The notes beneath the pieces were generated by a model, which did no database searches, was not told where the DNA came from, and worked only from the letters and a program-made list of their open reading frames with translations. From NCBI GenBank assembly GCA_001949185.1, contig BDGG01000006.1, positions 1,036,827 to 1,100,826 on the forward strand: a stretch of 64,000 bases of DNA. The letters are read 5' to 3'. How positions within the stretch are numbered: position 1 is the stretch's first letter; each line of letters opens with the position of its first letter. The DNA is from Ramazzottius varieornatus. Lineage: Eukaryota; Animalia; Tardigrada. The translations under genes and the position numbers were made by a program. Shown here piece after piece: positions 11,961 to 28,969 of this stretch.

Positions 11961-14606
11961 TTTCCGGAGGAACGCGATGTCTTCCTCGTTCAACAGAAAT
12001 GAAGGTACAGGCAGCATGTCCACTATGCTTTTCGGCAGCCAAGTTTCTAACACACGCTCCGGAACTGGGAGGGACTCCGTCTCAGCTGAAGTTGTCTCAG
12101 GAGAGCGAACAGGAGAAACTCGACCTAAGGTGTATTCGATCTGTTCTACTGTTTCGTCTATTCGTAACGGTGGAAGTTCCAATCTGCTAGAGTCAGATCT
12201 CTCTTGTGCCGTGTCGGCTTGCGTTAGATATGGTAGCACTGAGTCCGGTTGTTCAAGTGGAAAATTACCAGGGGCAGTGTTTGTGAGATCTGGTGGTGAG
12301 CGCGTGCTGACTATTGGAGAATTTTCTGAAGTGGTTTGATCAGATTTACTGTCTTGATTCATGTCTGACTTCTGGAGATCTGTGTTACAGCTGGCTAGTT
12401 GATCGAGGTATTCGCCAGGAGGTCGCCTGGAAAATTCGTCACATTGGACCTGAGGAGAGGAGCATAGAGCTGAGGCAGGAAAAACTCCGGTGGAACTACT
12501 CTGAGCTTTGACGTTTTGGCATTGTGCGTTTTCCGGAGTCACCGGACTCTTTTCAAAAGACTCGGAAAGAACCTTCAGTTGTTCGTGAAACTGTTGACGA
12601 AGTACGGGCAGGTGATCGGCGATGGCCTTGTCGTAACTTTCCTACGATAAAAAAACCAGTCAGAACCTTACGTCCACAGTCTGTGCGTGTGACGCACCGC
12701 GGAAACTGGACAGTTTTCGTACGATAAATACTGGACAATAAAGCGGGCCGAGCTTACCGAAATTAAGTCATTAGTCCTCCTCACGACAGGCCGTAAAGCT
12801 CCGTTGATTGTGTTGATCTTGAAAGTGGATTACAAAGTTTCGCTTTCAAGATAAGCAGCGCTCGAGTAGCTTATCTCGGAAGCGAAAACGAATTATTCTC
12901 TGCACACTTCTCAAAATTTCAAATTTCCATTTCTCAGCTGATCTCTGTCTGCACAGTGCTTCACGTTGCGAGATACCGTTTCACGTATGCGCTTCTTGAT
13001 ACCTATTAGTGTCGGAGATATCGGCAGACAGAGACTAGCCAGAGAGAAAACCATGAATTTCAGCCTAGTCAGGAGGCAAAGTTTGCCTACAAACCTACCC
13101 CGCAAAACTCGCGCATTCCCGCTCCCGTTTCCGATACTTTGGAAAAACGCAATTTCGCCTCACTCACGACTAATTTCCGTTGATCAAGCAAACTTAACTT
13201 TTAAATCCACCGTTTGCGACATAAACAGCTCGTCGTGAGGAGGACTAATGGTTCAGGTTGACTGCTGTTTTTCGGATATGACACACCCAGTCAGCCTTTT
13301 TGTCACCATGATTTTTACGCCTACATTCGTTTGTACCTTGGAGTGGCCTGTCGCTGCAAAGATGGCCTCTTCCACTGCCTCGATTTGGACCACTATGGAG
13401 TAGTAGATGGCCACAGACTTGAGGTTGGGTTCGTACAGTGGACCAAAGACCTGTCGCAGTCTACAAAAGACAACCAGGAACGGTTAGGCCACGTAAAACC
13501 CCGGGGAAGGTACGGCGAGAGTGGCTGAGTGACTTACAAATTATCTGAGAGCACTCTTCGTGCTTTGCCTGTCCGCATTGCAATGTTGAGGGGTATCTGG
13601 AACCTGTGAGGCTGTGGAGAAGGTCCAGTCTGAGCACTAGAAGGTGAGGTGCTGGTGGTGGAGGAATTCGATGATGAAGAGAGCTTTCTTCGGAGCATCT
13701 GCGTGAGCAGTGGCTGCGAGAATGCACCTGGCATTGCCGGGGATGACTGAGGAGGTAGTTGTGATCGAGAAGTGGTTGATAAGTTCAGAGGTGACTGTGC
13801 TGGAACGGCTTGTACGGAGGGAGGAACGCTGTTCACCGTGGCGAAAGCACCTGCAGCGACCAACGGTCAACACAGTCAGAGCCAATCAATCAATAACAAT
13901 GTAAATCAATCGAACTGGCAAGAGATGGACAGCTGAAACAGAAACCAGGTCTGCTTTGGTCAGCCAGTACGTGAATGGGCCCTGATTTCTATTATAAATG
14001 CCATTTCGACAAGATGACGTAACATGACCTGATTCGGACGTGATGCAGACCTGATGCGTCATGTAATGCTATGTCACACAAGCATACTAAAATTTTGATT
14101 TCAGAAAGCGGAAAATTCGGAGGATTTCTTCACGAGAGTTTCTTCTTACGAGCAACAATTTCATCTTGGTTAGGTCTTTGAAGGATATCTCTGATGGGCA
14201 GACAGACGGGGCATTCCGCAGCGACACAGCTTTTCCAGTGGCCAAAGATAGCTGTTGTCGTCGCGCAATTTGTCACTGTAAAACCAAACTCATGATATGG
14301 AGGACAATGGAGAAACAGATATCACAAAAATTTACCTGTGCAATTTCTTCCATTTCTACAGGTGTTCATATGGTAAAGCAACTGACGAATGCTCAGACAG
14401 TATGAATCAGTGCACAGCATTTCTGCTGGAGGGGCATCAGAGTGAAGGAGGCCAGAGTGATTAGCGTAGGGCAAACTACCTTCTCGGCAGCGTTCAGCGT
14501 AGACAAAGACCAGCAGGTGCCTCCGAATAGTCTCCCGACGTCTACGTGACTCTTCTACTGTTGGGTAAGAGCCGGAGCTCACCAGGGAGGGGATAACAGA
14601 CGACAT
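11910..14606 (-). CDS. Divergent CBP/p300-like protein (TAZ1 + KIX + Ser/Pro-rich region), ~521 aa; exons 14336-14606, 14150-14275, 13538-13850, 13337-13460, 11910-12641
   Basis: Spliced reading gives TAZ1-like RRETIRRHLLVFVYAERC...CTDSYCLSIRQLLYHMNTCRNGRNCT|VTNCATTTAIFGHWKSCVAAECPVCLPIR and KIX-like RRVLSDNL|LRQVFGP...IEAVEEAIFAATGHSK|ESYDKAIADHLPVLRQQF. All four introns are GT-AG with compatible phases (1,1,2,0). 1566 nt open. Confidence 0.75.
12772..13247. mobile_element. MITE, family A copy 2 (complete), inside the KIX intron of the CBP-like gene
   Basis: Perfect terminal inverted repeats tagtcctcctcacgac / gtcgtgaggaggacta. Second copy at 4640 and an isolated end at ~61060-61087. Confidence 0.85.
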
Positions 14607-16359
14607 CCTCCCAAACGATGCTGTAAATAATAAAGCTGATCAAGTTTCAGCCCGTCACAACATCAAGTTTCCGTTCGCTATTCAACCCGTGGAAACCATC
14701 CGTCATCGCACTCAACATATCAGTCCGTCATCTGTGATAACGCAGGGTCATAAATCTTCAATGTAGCTATTTTTATGACCGAACAAATTAATAAACGATG
14801 AAAGCTTCAGATCTTCCAAATAAATGCGGCCGCGAAATCAAAATATACATGTGACATTACACAGTACATCACATTAGAATTCAAAGTTATTACATAATAT
14901 GTAGTTACTATCCTAACGTGATACAGTTTACAGAAAGAAGTCCAGCAAAGGAAACCAGATAGATCAGGGATTCGGGTCTCTGAATATTAGTGATTGACGT
15001 CGTGTCGGTGATCAAGTGGATTTCGGTCGTGAAGTGAGAATGATAACATGTATCGAGCGACAAGGCCATTAAGAATATCACGCCGTCATAACGCCACCGT
15101 ATGGCCCCGTTCGTTCTCGCAATTTGATTCTCTTCAGTCTCTGCGTGGTCTTCCTTCCATCCATCGGTCGACAGTTCCCAGCAGGCCTCTTCACATTACT
15201 CATTCAAAGATCTATGATAATCCAGAAAAGAGAGACATTCCACGAAGCTAACGAAGCTTGACATGGAGCGCGGAGCATATTCTTTCATTCCACTGACACA
15301 CAATGGGCGGAGGGGAATTGATCATCCCGCAGGGAAAGCTTCCTTCCGGTTTCCTTCCGCACTTATTACCTTGCAAATTACGTCAGACAAGACGGAAAAT
15401 TCATATGATGTTAGGATCAACATCATAGACTTTTTTGTGAGCTTTTTTCCATGAACATTCGAAAGGCGATCATTAAGTTAGAGTCAGTAAGCAAAGGGCA
15501 AAAACCATTCCTCATTAAGTTAGGCATGTATGAAGTATGACATAACTCTAACAGTCAAACCAATTATAGTCAGACAGAAAAAGTCAAATGAATAAATAAT
15601 GGAAAGAGACTAACTCAAGATAAGAAATTCCCCACCAACCAAACAGAAAAGAGTCAACTCTGTCCCATCGTCCCAATGCAATCATTTCTATTCTATAAAA
15701 CACATCTATGCCAAAAGCCTTCCTGCTTTCGAAGTATAAACTCCCTTTGAATTCACGGGCAAAAAACTTCGTGAACGGGGCCAAAATGAGAATGATCGTT
15801 TAGAAGCGTCGCAAAACAACGCTTCGAAACAACCGTCCCATGTGTCACAGTCTTCATCGGCATCGGAGAGAAACAAGCCCCACAAGGCTTGCTTCTTGGT
15901 CCGACACATCCATATCTTTTGAGCAATGAAAGAGTCCCTGCAAGGCGGAAACACAGCTTTTGAAAATTCGTTTCTCATATGATTTGGAACCTGCTAAACG
16001 AAGCTCACTAGATCTAATTTTTTCCAGTGGCGCATACTTCCAGCCATCAACACTGAGAGCCGCCGCTACTTTGAAGAACAACGAGATCTTTTCTCCAAGT
16101 GGCGCACGCTATCGGCCAACAACAGCGACAACACTGAAAACGCGCGCCATCTGCGAACTCGACAAGATCGGTTTTCTCAAGTGGCGCACTCTTTGAGCTA
16201 CAAACTTCAACAGCCTGCGTCACTCAAGAAAGACAATCTTGTCGAGTTTCTTGGCTGAGCTGCCGTCTACATTACAGCTATCAATTTGGAAGTCGCGTGT
16301 TCGATTCTGTATTTTGATAGAATCTGCAGTTTTCAAAGTCAAATTCCGATTTACCAATG

Positions 16360-19300
16360 CTACTGGAGCAGTTTGGCCCAAGCGGGATCCTTGTTGACCA
16401 AGCTCTCCTTCTGGTCGGAAGCTATCCTGTCGGGCTCGTTCAGCCACTTGCGGAAAGTACTGTGGTACTTCTCAACGTCGCTCTTCCCGAAGACCTCATC
16501 GAGTCTGTCCACGGGGAAGATCTCCGCCAGGATCAGTGGACCCATCATTTCCACCAAGTACTCCTTGTACTGCGGAACGTCCATCTCGATGTCTTCTGTC
16601 AGAGCGACGGCTTGTCCAAACCTAACACACAGAAACCATGAATTTTCGATATAACAACAGTCGACCGACAGAAAGACGTACCCGTTGACGAGAGTCTCCG
16701 GAGGTAGACTGCCTTCTTTGGCCAAACCCATGAGCAGCGCCACATGCTTCGGCCTGTCAGGCTTCTTGGCTTCGACATACAAATTCGCAGCTACCGTCAC
16801 GATAAACCGCTCTTTCTGGTCCGGACTTAGTCTGGCGAGTTGACTCGAGGCACCGCTAAGTTCCTCCTGTCAAACAGAAAAGATGTACCTTCGCAAAATG
16901 TCGCCATCCTCCATACTTTTTAGCTGAGAGGCCGGCAATGAACCTTCAAGTTTCATTATTTCAAGTGGCGCAGGCTTTCAGCTAACAACAACACAAAAGT
17001 GCGCCGCTTGAGAAAAGAATGTCGTCGAGTTTTTGTGCCGACTTCCCACTCGAACAAACCCGAACCAACGATACAAAACACCCCATTTGGTCCACATTTT
17101 ACCCAGAAGAAACCTCGTACCTGCATTTCGGCATCGTCAGCGTTGAGGAAGGAAGCCACCAGATGCTTGGTGAAGTCTTCCAGTTCCTCTTCCGGAACCG
17201 GTCCTTGTTCTTTCGGCTCCTCGTTCCTCTCATCCGTCGGTACATTCATGGGTGAGCCCATCCTGGGTGTAGGTGCCGGTGTAATTTGTGGTGAGCCTTG
17301 GTTGGAGGAAGATTCCGTCATCGGGCTGCCAACTCGCATGTCCGGTGTGTTCGTCAGCGAACCCCGATGCTCACCCCGTGACATGCTGTTCTCCCGACTG
17401 TTGGTTGCCGAACGATTCGGGTTGTCCATCCTGCAAAATCAAAAGCGTAAAATACGTGCAGAAATTTCTCTTCATAAAATTTCCCTAAGCTTCAACGATT
17501 CAGCCAGCGAAAAACGTATATGTAGCTGGACAGACGAGATGAGTCAAGTCGCGCACGATTTCAGTATCACTGGCTGAGAGCGTGCGGCGTGTAGAAAAAA
17601 CAACCTTGTTATTTTGTCAAGTGGCGCAAGTTCTCGTTGTTACTGGCTGAACGGGTGCGTCACTTGCGAAAACGATCTAAATCAATTCGTTGGCCAAGCT
17701 CCTGCGTGTTCTAAAAAAGGGACAGCTTCTCATACCGGTTGCCGAAAGGACCCAATGACGTTCTAGGCGGAGGATTCAGCGAGCCGCTACCACTCGTCCA
17801 CCTTTGAGGTCCCAAGGTGACTGGTCCCCCACTAGCGCCTCCTGATCCTTGACGATCCTACAGAAGTCCCACCACAGAAGTTAATGTTCGTTTCTGACTC
17901 ACTGAAAAGGCAGTACAGAATACTCACCGATTGTCCGACCATGGACAAGAATTTATTGGGCTTGCTGGCCACGCTGCTAGTCTTGACAGCCGACGCTGGC
18001 TGGCCCATCTGTCCGCCCTGTCGGCCATCTCTTCCAGCCATACCCGCACCTCCCTGCATGTTGTTCATGGCGTTCGGCACCGACCTCACGGATTTTATAC
18101 CACCAGCCAGATGTGGAGGTGGTTGACGGCTTCTGTCCGGTCCCATTGGTGGTCGTCCTTGTGGCATAGGCGGTGGCAGTTGGTGTATAGCCGTCATCGT
18201 TTCAGCTTTCGACTGTGCTTCCTCCTTCATCTTCTCTTGTCGCACTTCCTCCTTGGTCTTGAGGCCCTTGGAAGCGTTGAGTTTTCTTGGCACAAAGTTG
18301 TTATTCTTCAGGTCGATGGCGTCTTGCATCAGGAAACGGATGCGGGAAGACGTTACTTTCAGATCGATCATCTTTTGCAGCTGATCAAAAAAGAACTTCA
18401 CACTCTGCAACGAAAATGAACATCGTCCGTGTCCACATGCTTTCGTATAGATGCGTAATGAAAACCTTGTCTTTTTGGAAAGCAACAACGGCGAGTTTAA
18501 CCGTACAAAATGAAACCCAGGTTCGTTCAACCGGACGACACCAGGAGACAAGCTCGATTTCTATTCCGGCTAGCCAAACCTCACTTTTGCTTACCGTTAC
18601 GAATTCAGGTTTGACGATCTTCTGCGAACAAGTCATCAGGAGTTTACAGAGACATTCCATCTTCTCTTCATCGGCATCTTTAAAGTCGGGTCTTTTGGGA
18701 AGAAGCCTTTGGAAGCAGCTGAGAATGACACGGTCCGTCAACATGTCGAACTTGTACAACTCCGAAATGAACCTAAAAAGAAATCACAATGTTAGAACGA
18801 TGGTTTCTCTAAATTAAAACTCTGCGAAGCATCATCGAAGATCACAATCTCATTTTCACTAACGAAACAACTTTTCATCGAAGATCACGGCAAGTGGGAG
18901 GTCGGCAAGAAAATTGACAAGATTGTTTTCTCAAGTAACGCATTCCCTCAGCGCCACTAGCTGAAAGAGTGCGCCACTTCAGAAGTGCGGTCTCATCGTA
19001 TTCCCAAGTGGCGCACGCTTGCGGCGAACAACAGTTAACCCGTGCGCCACTTGGAAGAAGGATTCTGGGATTTTGCTTGCCCAGCTCTCATTCTTGAATA
19101 TCCATTTTTAAATCACAAACTTACGTAATATTTCCGACGTAGTGTCGTTTAGCCTTGACCCTCTTTTGTTCGGCAACTTCCGGGTCGACCGTCACGTCTT
19201 CCTTGTCCTTGTCAGACTCTTGTTCTTCTCTTTCCGTCTTCTCGAAGTAATGCTGCGCGCGTTGCAGCAAGACAGTTCGGAACTTCATAGCTTGAGCGGG

Positions 19301-22300
19301 GTTTCCCTTGTCGTCCACCTCCCCAGGTTCTAGCGGCACCTGTAGGTCGATCAGCTTACGGCACAATTTGGCGTAGATCTCGGCGTAGTTCTGTTCGTCC
19401 AAGGCTTTGTCGAAGATGACGTCGACAGCGCCAACCAAGAGTTCTCCCGACTTTGTGAAAGGCATGTCCAGCATCTTGTTAGACAGCTTCTCGTAGTTGT
19501 TCGGCGAGATCTTGTTCAGCAATGCTCGAACGCTCGAGAGAATCGACTGAAAACACAAGCGAATATTTCAAATAACATTAGAAAAATCATGCTTGGAAAG
19601 ATATTGTGGAATAATTCACTGTACCTCTTTCTCAGCTTCTTCAGAGTCGATCTGGACCTTGTCCTTCTTATAGCTCGGCTTCCAGGCGTTTTCACTGCTT
19701 GCAATGCTAGCGCTGAGGTCGCGATTCAGTGTGATGACGCGCTGCTGATGTTCTTCTTGTTGGAAGTTCCTGCTCGAGTTCACTCTGGGCATCTGCGGTC
19801 CACGTTGATCGTACCCACCACCGCCACCTCCTCTTCCTTGGCCTTGACCATGATACTGGTCATTCTACAAAACATAAACCCGTCAGCACCATCCAAACAT
19901 GGACCGAAATCTCGACAGACAAACTCGACAGGATCATTTCAAGTGGCGCACATTCCCACTGCTGTTGAATGAAAGAATGCATCACTTCAGAAACCGATCT
20001 TGTCAAAACTCCAAGTGGCGCACTTTCTCAAGGTCCACGCGGAAAACGAGCGCCACTTTGAACTCCACCAAGGAATTAACATTTCCAGCTCTTCAAATTT
20101 TTCTAAATTACATCTTATGCTTGAATTTCAAATTAGGTAATTTATTTTGCTCTCGATAAATCTGACTCTAGAATATTTCTTCTGCAGATACCCCCTTACC
20201 CTGTGGCCTCCCTGTCCGCCGCCCCCGCCATCCTTCTTGATGATGGCGTTGACTTTATTCTTCAAGTCATCGGAAGCCATCATATTGCCCTGCTTATATT
20301 TGTTCTCCAGGCTGAGCAGTGCCGAGCGGTCGTACGTCTGCCTGCCAGCCACCTTCTCGAGCTTCTCCATCTCGTGTTCCACCTCCACTTCCCCGTTGAC
20401 GTTCTCCACGGGCCGGTTCTCCGCCTGTCTGTTCTCCTGAACAGCTGGTGGCGGCGTGGCCACATGTGGAGGTCTAGCCAAGCGGGCATCCTGAACTTGT
20501 ACGGACTTCCGGCGGATCTCGGGCATGGCACCCAAGCCCATTCCACGGTCCACGTGAGGCTTGACGGGCTCTTCTGACTTGAGTTCAGGAGTGGCTGTGG
20601 CCGAAGGTCTTCGTGGCTCCAAGGATACCTTTGCGAAAACAAGAAAAAGCGCTAGAAGTATTTGCGACCTTCGTAAACAAACTCGTCAGGATCCCTTCTC
20701 AAGCGGCTCATGTTTACAGCCAGTAGCATTGAAAGCCTGCGCCACTTGGAAAAGTCGTCAACATCCGATTCTAAGTGGCGCACGCTTTCAACCACTAACA
20801 CTTGGAACGTGCGCAACTTTATAGGAAAACTATATCCACTGAATTTCTAGTTGTCTGACGGCCGAGCTTCACAGCACGGAAACGTAAACTACAGAAACCA
20901 AGGAGATACTCCGTACCTTGTCCATTACGGGTTGCGAGGCCTCTGACGGCATAGCGGGAGGCTTGGAAGACGTGTTGGAAGAGGAAGTGACTGTCGGCTG
21001 CGGAGGAGTGTCGCTAGCCTCAGTCTTGACGGAAGGCACATCGGAAACTGGCGGCTTGCTTTCAGGCGTTGTCCTAGCACGATCAGCTTTCGCTGCATCC
21101 TCTGCAACCACACAAAACGCAAAATCAGTCCTTCTGGAATATTTCAAACGAGAATCTCATCCTGCATACACGACGTCGCAGGCTTAGCATAACAGACGGG
21201 TATGCAGGTGGATGCAAAGTTTTCAAAGTTAGTCTCCGGTCTCACAGATGAGAAATAAACCATCATAAATCGAACTAAAATCGAACATAGAATGTATTCT
21301 TACCGTGTGGACGAGTTTCACCGGGCTGCTGTCGCATCTGGTCAGAAGAAGACTGTTGCTGCTGTTGTGAAGAAGTAACACCGGTATCATTCTTCACCAC
21401 AGTCGGACTATCTCCAATCTGACCTACAACACACATCAAAACCTTCCATTCTGCACCACGGAAGCACGCTGACATCATTAAGACAGCTGATGTCAAGATC
21501 GGCCCACCTTTAGACTCTGTATCCTTGGACTTGGGCGCGCCGCCGGAAGACTCGCTGGTTGTGCGGCTAGTGCTACCTCCCTCGTTCATCCGAGCATGGA
21601 TCTGTCGCGCAAAATCGCCCTGGATTGAGCGTTTGAGGTCGTCCTCCGTTGTAGGCTCCTTCTTGTCTTCTGCTGCTACAGATTCGCTCACAGAAGATTG
21701 ACGACTGGTTGGCTCGGAAGTCTGCAACTATAGACCCTATGTCAACCAGTTACCCCTTCTCATCTCATGCACCACCCTACTCTTATCCATTGAATACGTT
21801 CAGTGATGCTGTATGCAGGCGAACGAACTAATTTCCACGTGCATGACCCACGTGCATGACCCACGTGCATGACCCACGTGCATGACCCACGTGCATGACC
21901 CACGTGCATACAGCTCATAGTTTCACCACTCATCCGTGAGTATGCAGGTACGTGACGCACTATCACGCTTATCACCCGCCTGCACACTACTGGACTGTAA
22001 GTCAACCCCAGAACCAGTGTGCTGGTGCATGAAGTTCTTGACTGGCACATACCTGGCTGGCATCAGCTGGTACAGCAGCGGCTTTGGGTTTCTCATCGGT
22101 TTTCGGGATATCCACCACAGATCCACTCTTGGGATCAGTAAAGACCAGGACATTTTTTTTCCGTTCGGGCAATGGCTTCGTCGCGATCGGAACTGAAGGC
22201 GTACGACCTGGTGCCTGACCCGGCACGAAGAGCGGATCAGTCTGCCAGTAAGGGCGTACTGGAGGTCCGACACCAGGGGGTCTAGGCGCGAAGCTGGGTG

Positions 22301-23292
22301 TTCCAGGCGCTGCTCCAGTTGTCTGAGCTACCACGTCGGGGACCGAAAAACGAGGAGCAGCATTTATGCCAGGCTGACCAGCTCCACCTGTAGAGACACT
22401 CGGCGAGACGCTGCCCTGCGGCGAAGGGTAGCCTTGCGAAAGTGCGCCACTTGGACCGGGCACGAAAGCTACAAGAGAAAAATACATCGCTAATTTCCAT
22501 CCCCCTCACTTACAATCTAGTGAGTTCCGTTATAAGATTACGCTTCATGATAGCGGCGGTCATCTTTAAATATTGATTCTGACGTACCAACACATACTGC
22601 TATTCAGTTTTGACCAATTTGGAGACGATAATTTAGACGTCGTGCCTTTTTCTGCCGAAACAAACAGTCTGCGACTTACCAGGTTGATTCGGGTTGAACT
22701 GAGGAGCGACGAGTGCGCCAGCAGGCATGTAGAAGCCACCTTGTACGGGAGAAGTACCGTAGGACATCGGCATTGCCTGCCAAACCAAGAAGCGTTAGAA
22801 AAAGAAACGAGGTAACTGGTCAATAACCTGCATACATTCGCCCTCTCCAAGTACACACTGGGCAAGTATGCAGCTACGTGCTTTTCTGCAGTATTTACGG
22901 CCATCTACCTGTGGCATTCTCTGTGGCATCTGTTGGCCAGGTATCTGTTGAGGACTGTAGTATGGCATTCCGCCCATGGGCATGGTCATGACTACTCCTC
23001 CTGGGACGAAAGGGCTCTGTGGTGGGAAGGAATACATGCCCGGCATCATGGCCGGGTTGAATGCCTGACCATTCTGCATGAACTGCGGCGGTGGTGGTCC
23101 TTGGTGGTTGCTCATGCCTTGCTGGCCTGGAGGAAGGTATCCGCCAGCACCTCCTGGTGCACTATTCTGGTTGGGGTAGCTGCCCGACGTCGTTCGGGCT
23201 TTCTGAGGAGCAGAAGGCGGCCGATGCCGAATATTCTGCTGCTGTGACTGCTGCTGGCCACTGTTGAAATTAACCACGTTGGTAGTTTCCAT
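16360..23292 (-). CDS. EIF4G: Eukaryotic translation initiation factor 4 gamma, 15 coding exons, ~1346 aa
   Basis: Exons 22909-23292, 22680-22776, 22053-22468, 21508-21721, 21304-21423, 20917-21101, 20200-20628, 19625-19864, 19125-19546, 18595-18772, 17928-18404, 17736-17857, 17121-17430, 16682-16866 and 16360-16621 join in phase. Contains eIF4E motif YDRSALL, SENAWKP, MIF4G (VRALLNKISPNNYEKL...IFDKALDEQNYAEIYAKLC...FRTVLLQRAQ...SSRIRFLMQDAIDLK) and MA3 (EDIEMDVPQ). Confidence 0.93.
21836..21909 (+). repeat. 13-bp minisatellite (CACGTGCATGACC) x ~5.7 in eIF4G intron 3
   Basis: Perfect tandem units read directly; six CACGTG hexamers. Confidence 0.95.
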
Positions 23293-24931
23293 ATTCGTTG
23301 ATGTCTGATTCTGCAAAGCATAAAGAGACAAAGGTGAGTTTGAAGGGTGAGGTAACGATATGGACAGTCTTATCAGCTGACGGCGATAGAACGATGAATC
23401 AGCCAAGCCCTAGAAGACGAAATTTTACCCAAATGCGTCATTTCCGATTAGGTTCTCTAAAACTAATTTCCAAAAACCTCATTTCACTTTTTTCCTCTCA
23501 GGCTCGCCTTCGAAAAATTCATAAAAGTGATAAAACGCTCTCAAAACTACTCTCAGAGGATCGAGCCAAGGAGAAATTTTTGTTGATGAGCAGATGGTCG
23601 ATTGTCAAGTCGACAGAACATCTAATGCTACCTCGATTCTTCCATGATAACTACTACCTCTTCCATCTTACCGTGTTGGATAGCTCTTTCATACCAGTCT
23701 AGAACTAAAACATCGAAAAGAACAGGTTAATCTACGATCGTCATCCCCCAAAAAATCAACGGGACAACGGCGGTGGTAATTTCCTACGGATATTTTGAGG
23801 GTAAAAATCATCCATCATCATAATAGTCATTAGCGGAAATATTCGCAGTCAAAATCGCTCAAGATCTACCTTCAAGTCCTCGACGGATACATGGAGATGG
23901 CGGAGTCTGCTGGGAGCGACTCGACGCTAAAGGTACAATTTTGGAGAGTACAGAAAAATGAAGACAAGGAGGAGATCCCAAGAAGAAATCTGGAATAAGA
24001 TTGGGAATATTGAGGCTGAGACGATGGTCGAATACGAATGATCTACCGGCTCCCTCGCTTACCTAGATAACTCAAAGATATCCCCGAACGACGCGGAGCT
24101 TCTACTCCACTGCTCCTCCTAGTTCTGGAGGATGAATAGTGTCCAGATACCAAGTATACTTCGATCAAAACGGTGATGGGAAAGTTCGTTGATTTTAAAA
24201 TCTACGCAATGTCGGCTCGGTGATCACTGCTCGCGCCTGCTACGTCGCAATCACCAGCCCCAATCTGCGGTACCTACATCGTTCCAGGCGGTACGGTATA
24301 TCGCTGAGAGTAGGCCAGGTGTCAACTACCACCAGTTACCGGTCATCAGCCACCAGTACCGCTTTGGGTCGCTGCACGGTGGCAGTGCCAGTGGCACAGG
24401 CGGAGTTCTGTCTGACAATTTCACCAATCACATTTTGCTATATGCCCATGCCGACCAACATGTGGGACAATTCTAAATTGCGGTGATGACTCGACCGCAC
24501 AGATAAGTGCCTTCCCTGGGACTTGAGACGGAGGCGGAGTAACGTGGGCTCAATGGAAATCCTGCCAGACGGAGCGGCAGTCACGTGACGAAAGCGAGCT
24601 ACGAAAATGACGTTTGGTGAGAAACTCGGCGAGTCAGTCTGTTTGATTTATGGCGTAAGGTAAGTTTAGACGGATGCGAGCACTCTTGATCTGCTGGTGC
24701 TGGGCCAACATCAGCAACTTTCACACAGAGAGTGGCGGATGAAGAAGAGTATCTTACAGACAGATGGCACATCAACGACAAGTTAGCGAAAGAAACAAGA
24801 TACACATTCGATGAGAGAATGCGGAAACACGATAATATATCCACCGACACACTTTCGACTTCTCTCTCATTCCATCCTCATAGTCTCTACGTTCACTCAT
24901 AGAAAACAATCATACAAGAATCTCGATTAAT

Positions 24932-28969
<4,038 letters not shown>

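Noticed and set aside
22441-22456. Half-site of the intronic palindrome inside an eIF4G exon
   Set aside because: Single arm encoding PSGA; compatible with chance.
23890-24490. Small + strand gene between eIF4G and Sec23 (MEMAESAGSDSTLK; DQNGDGKV EF-hand-like word)
   Set aside because: No stop-free spliced model could be built and no family was recognised.
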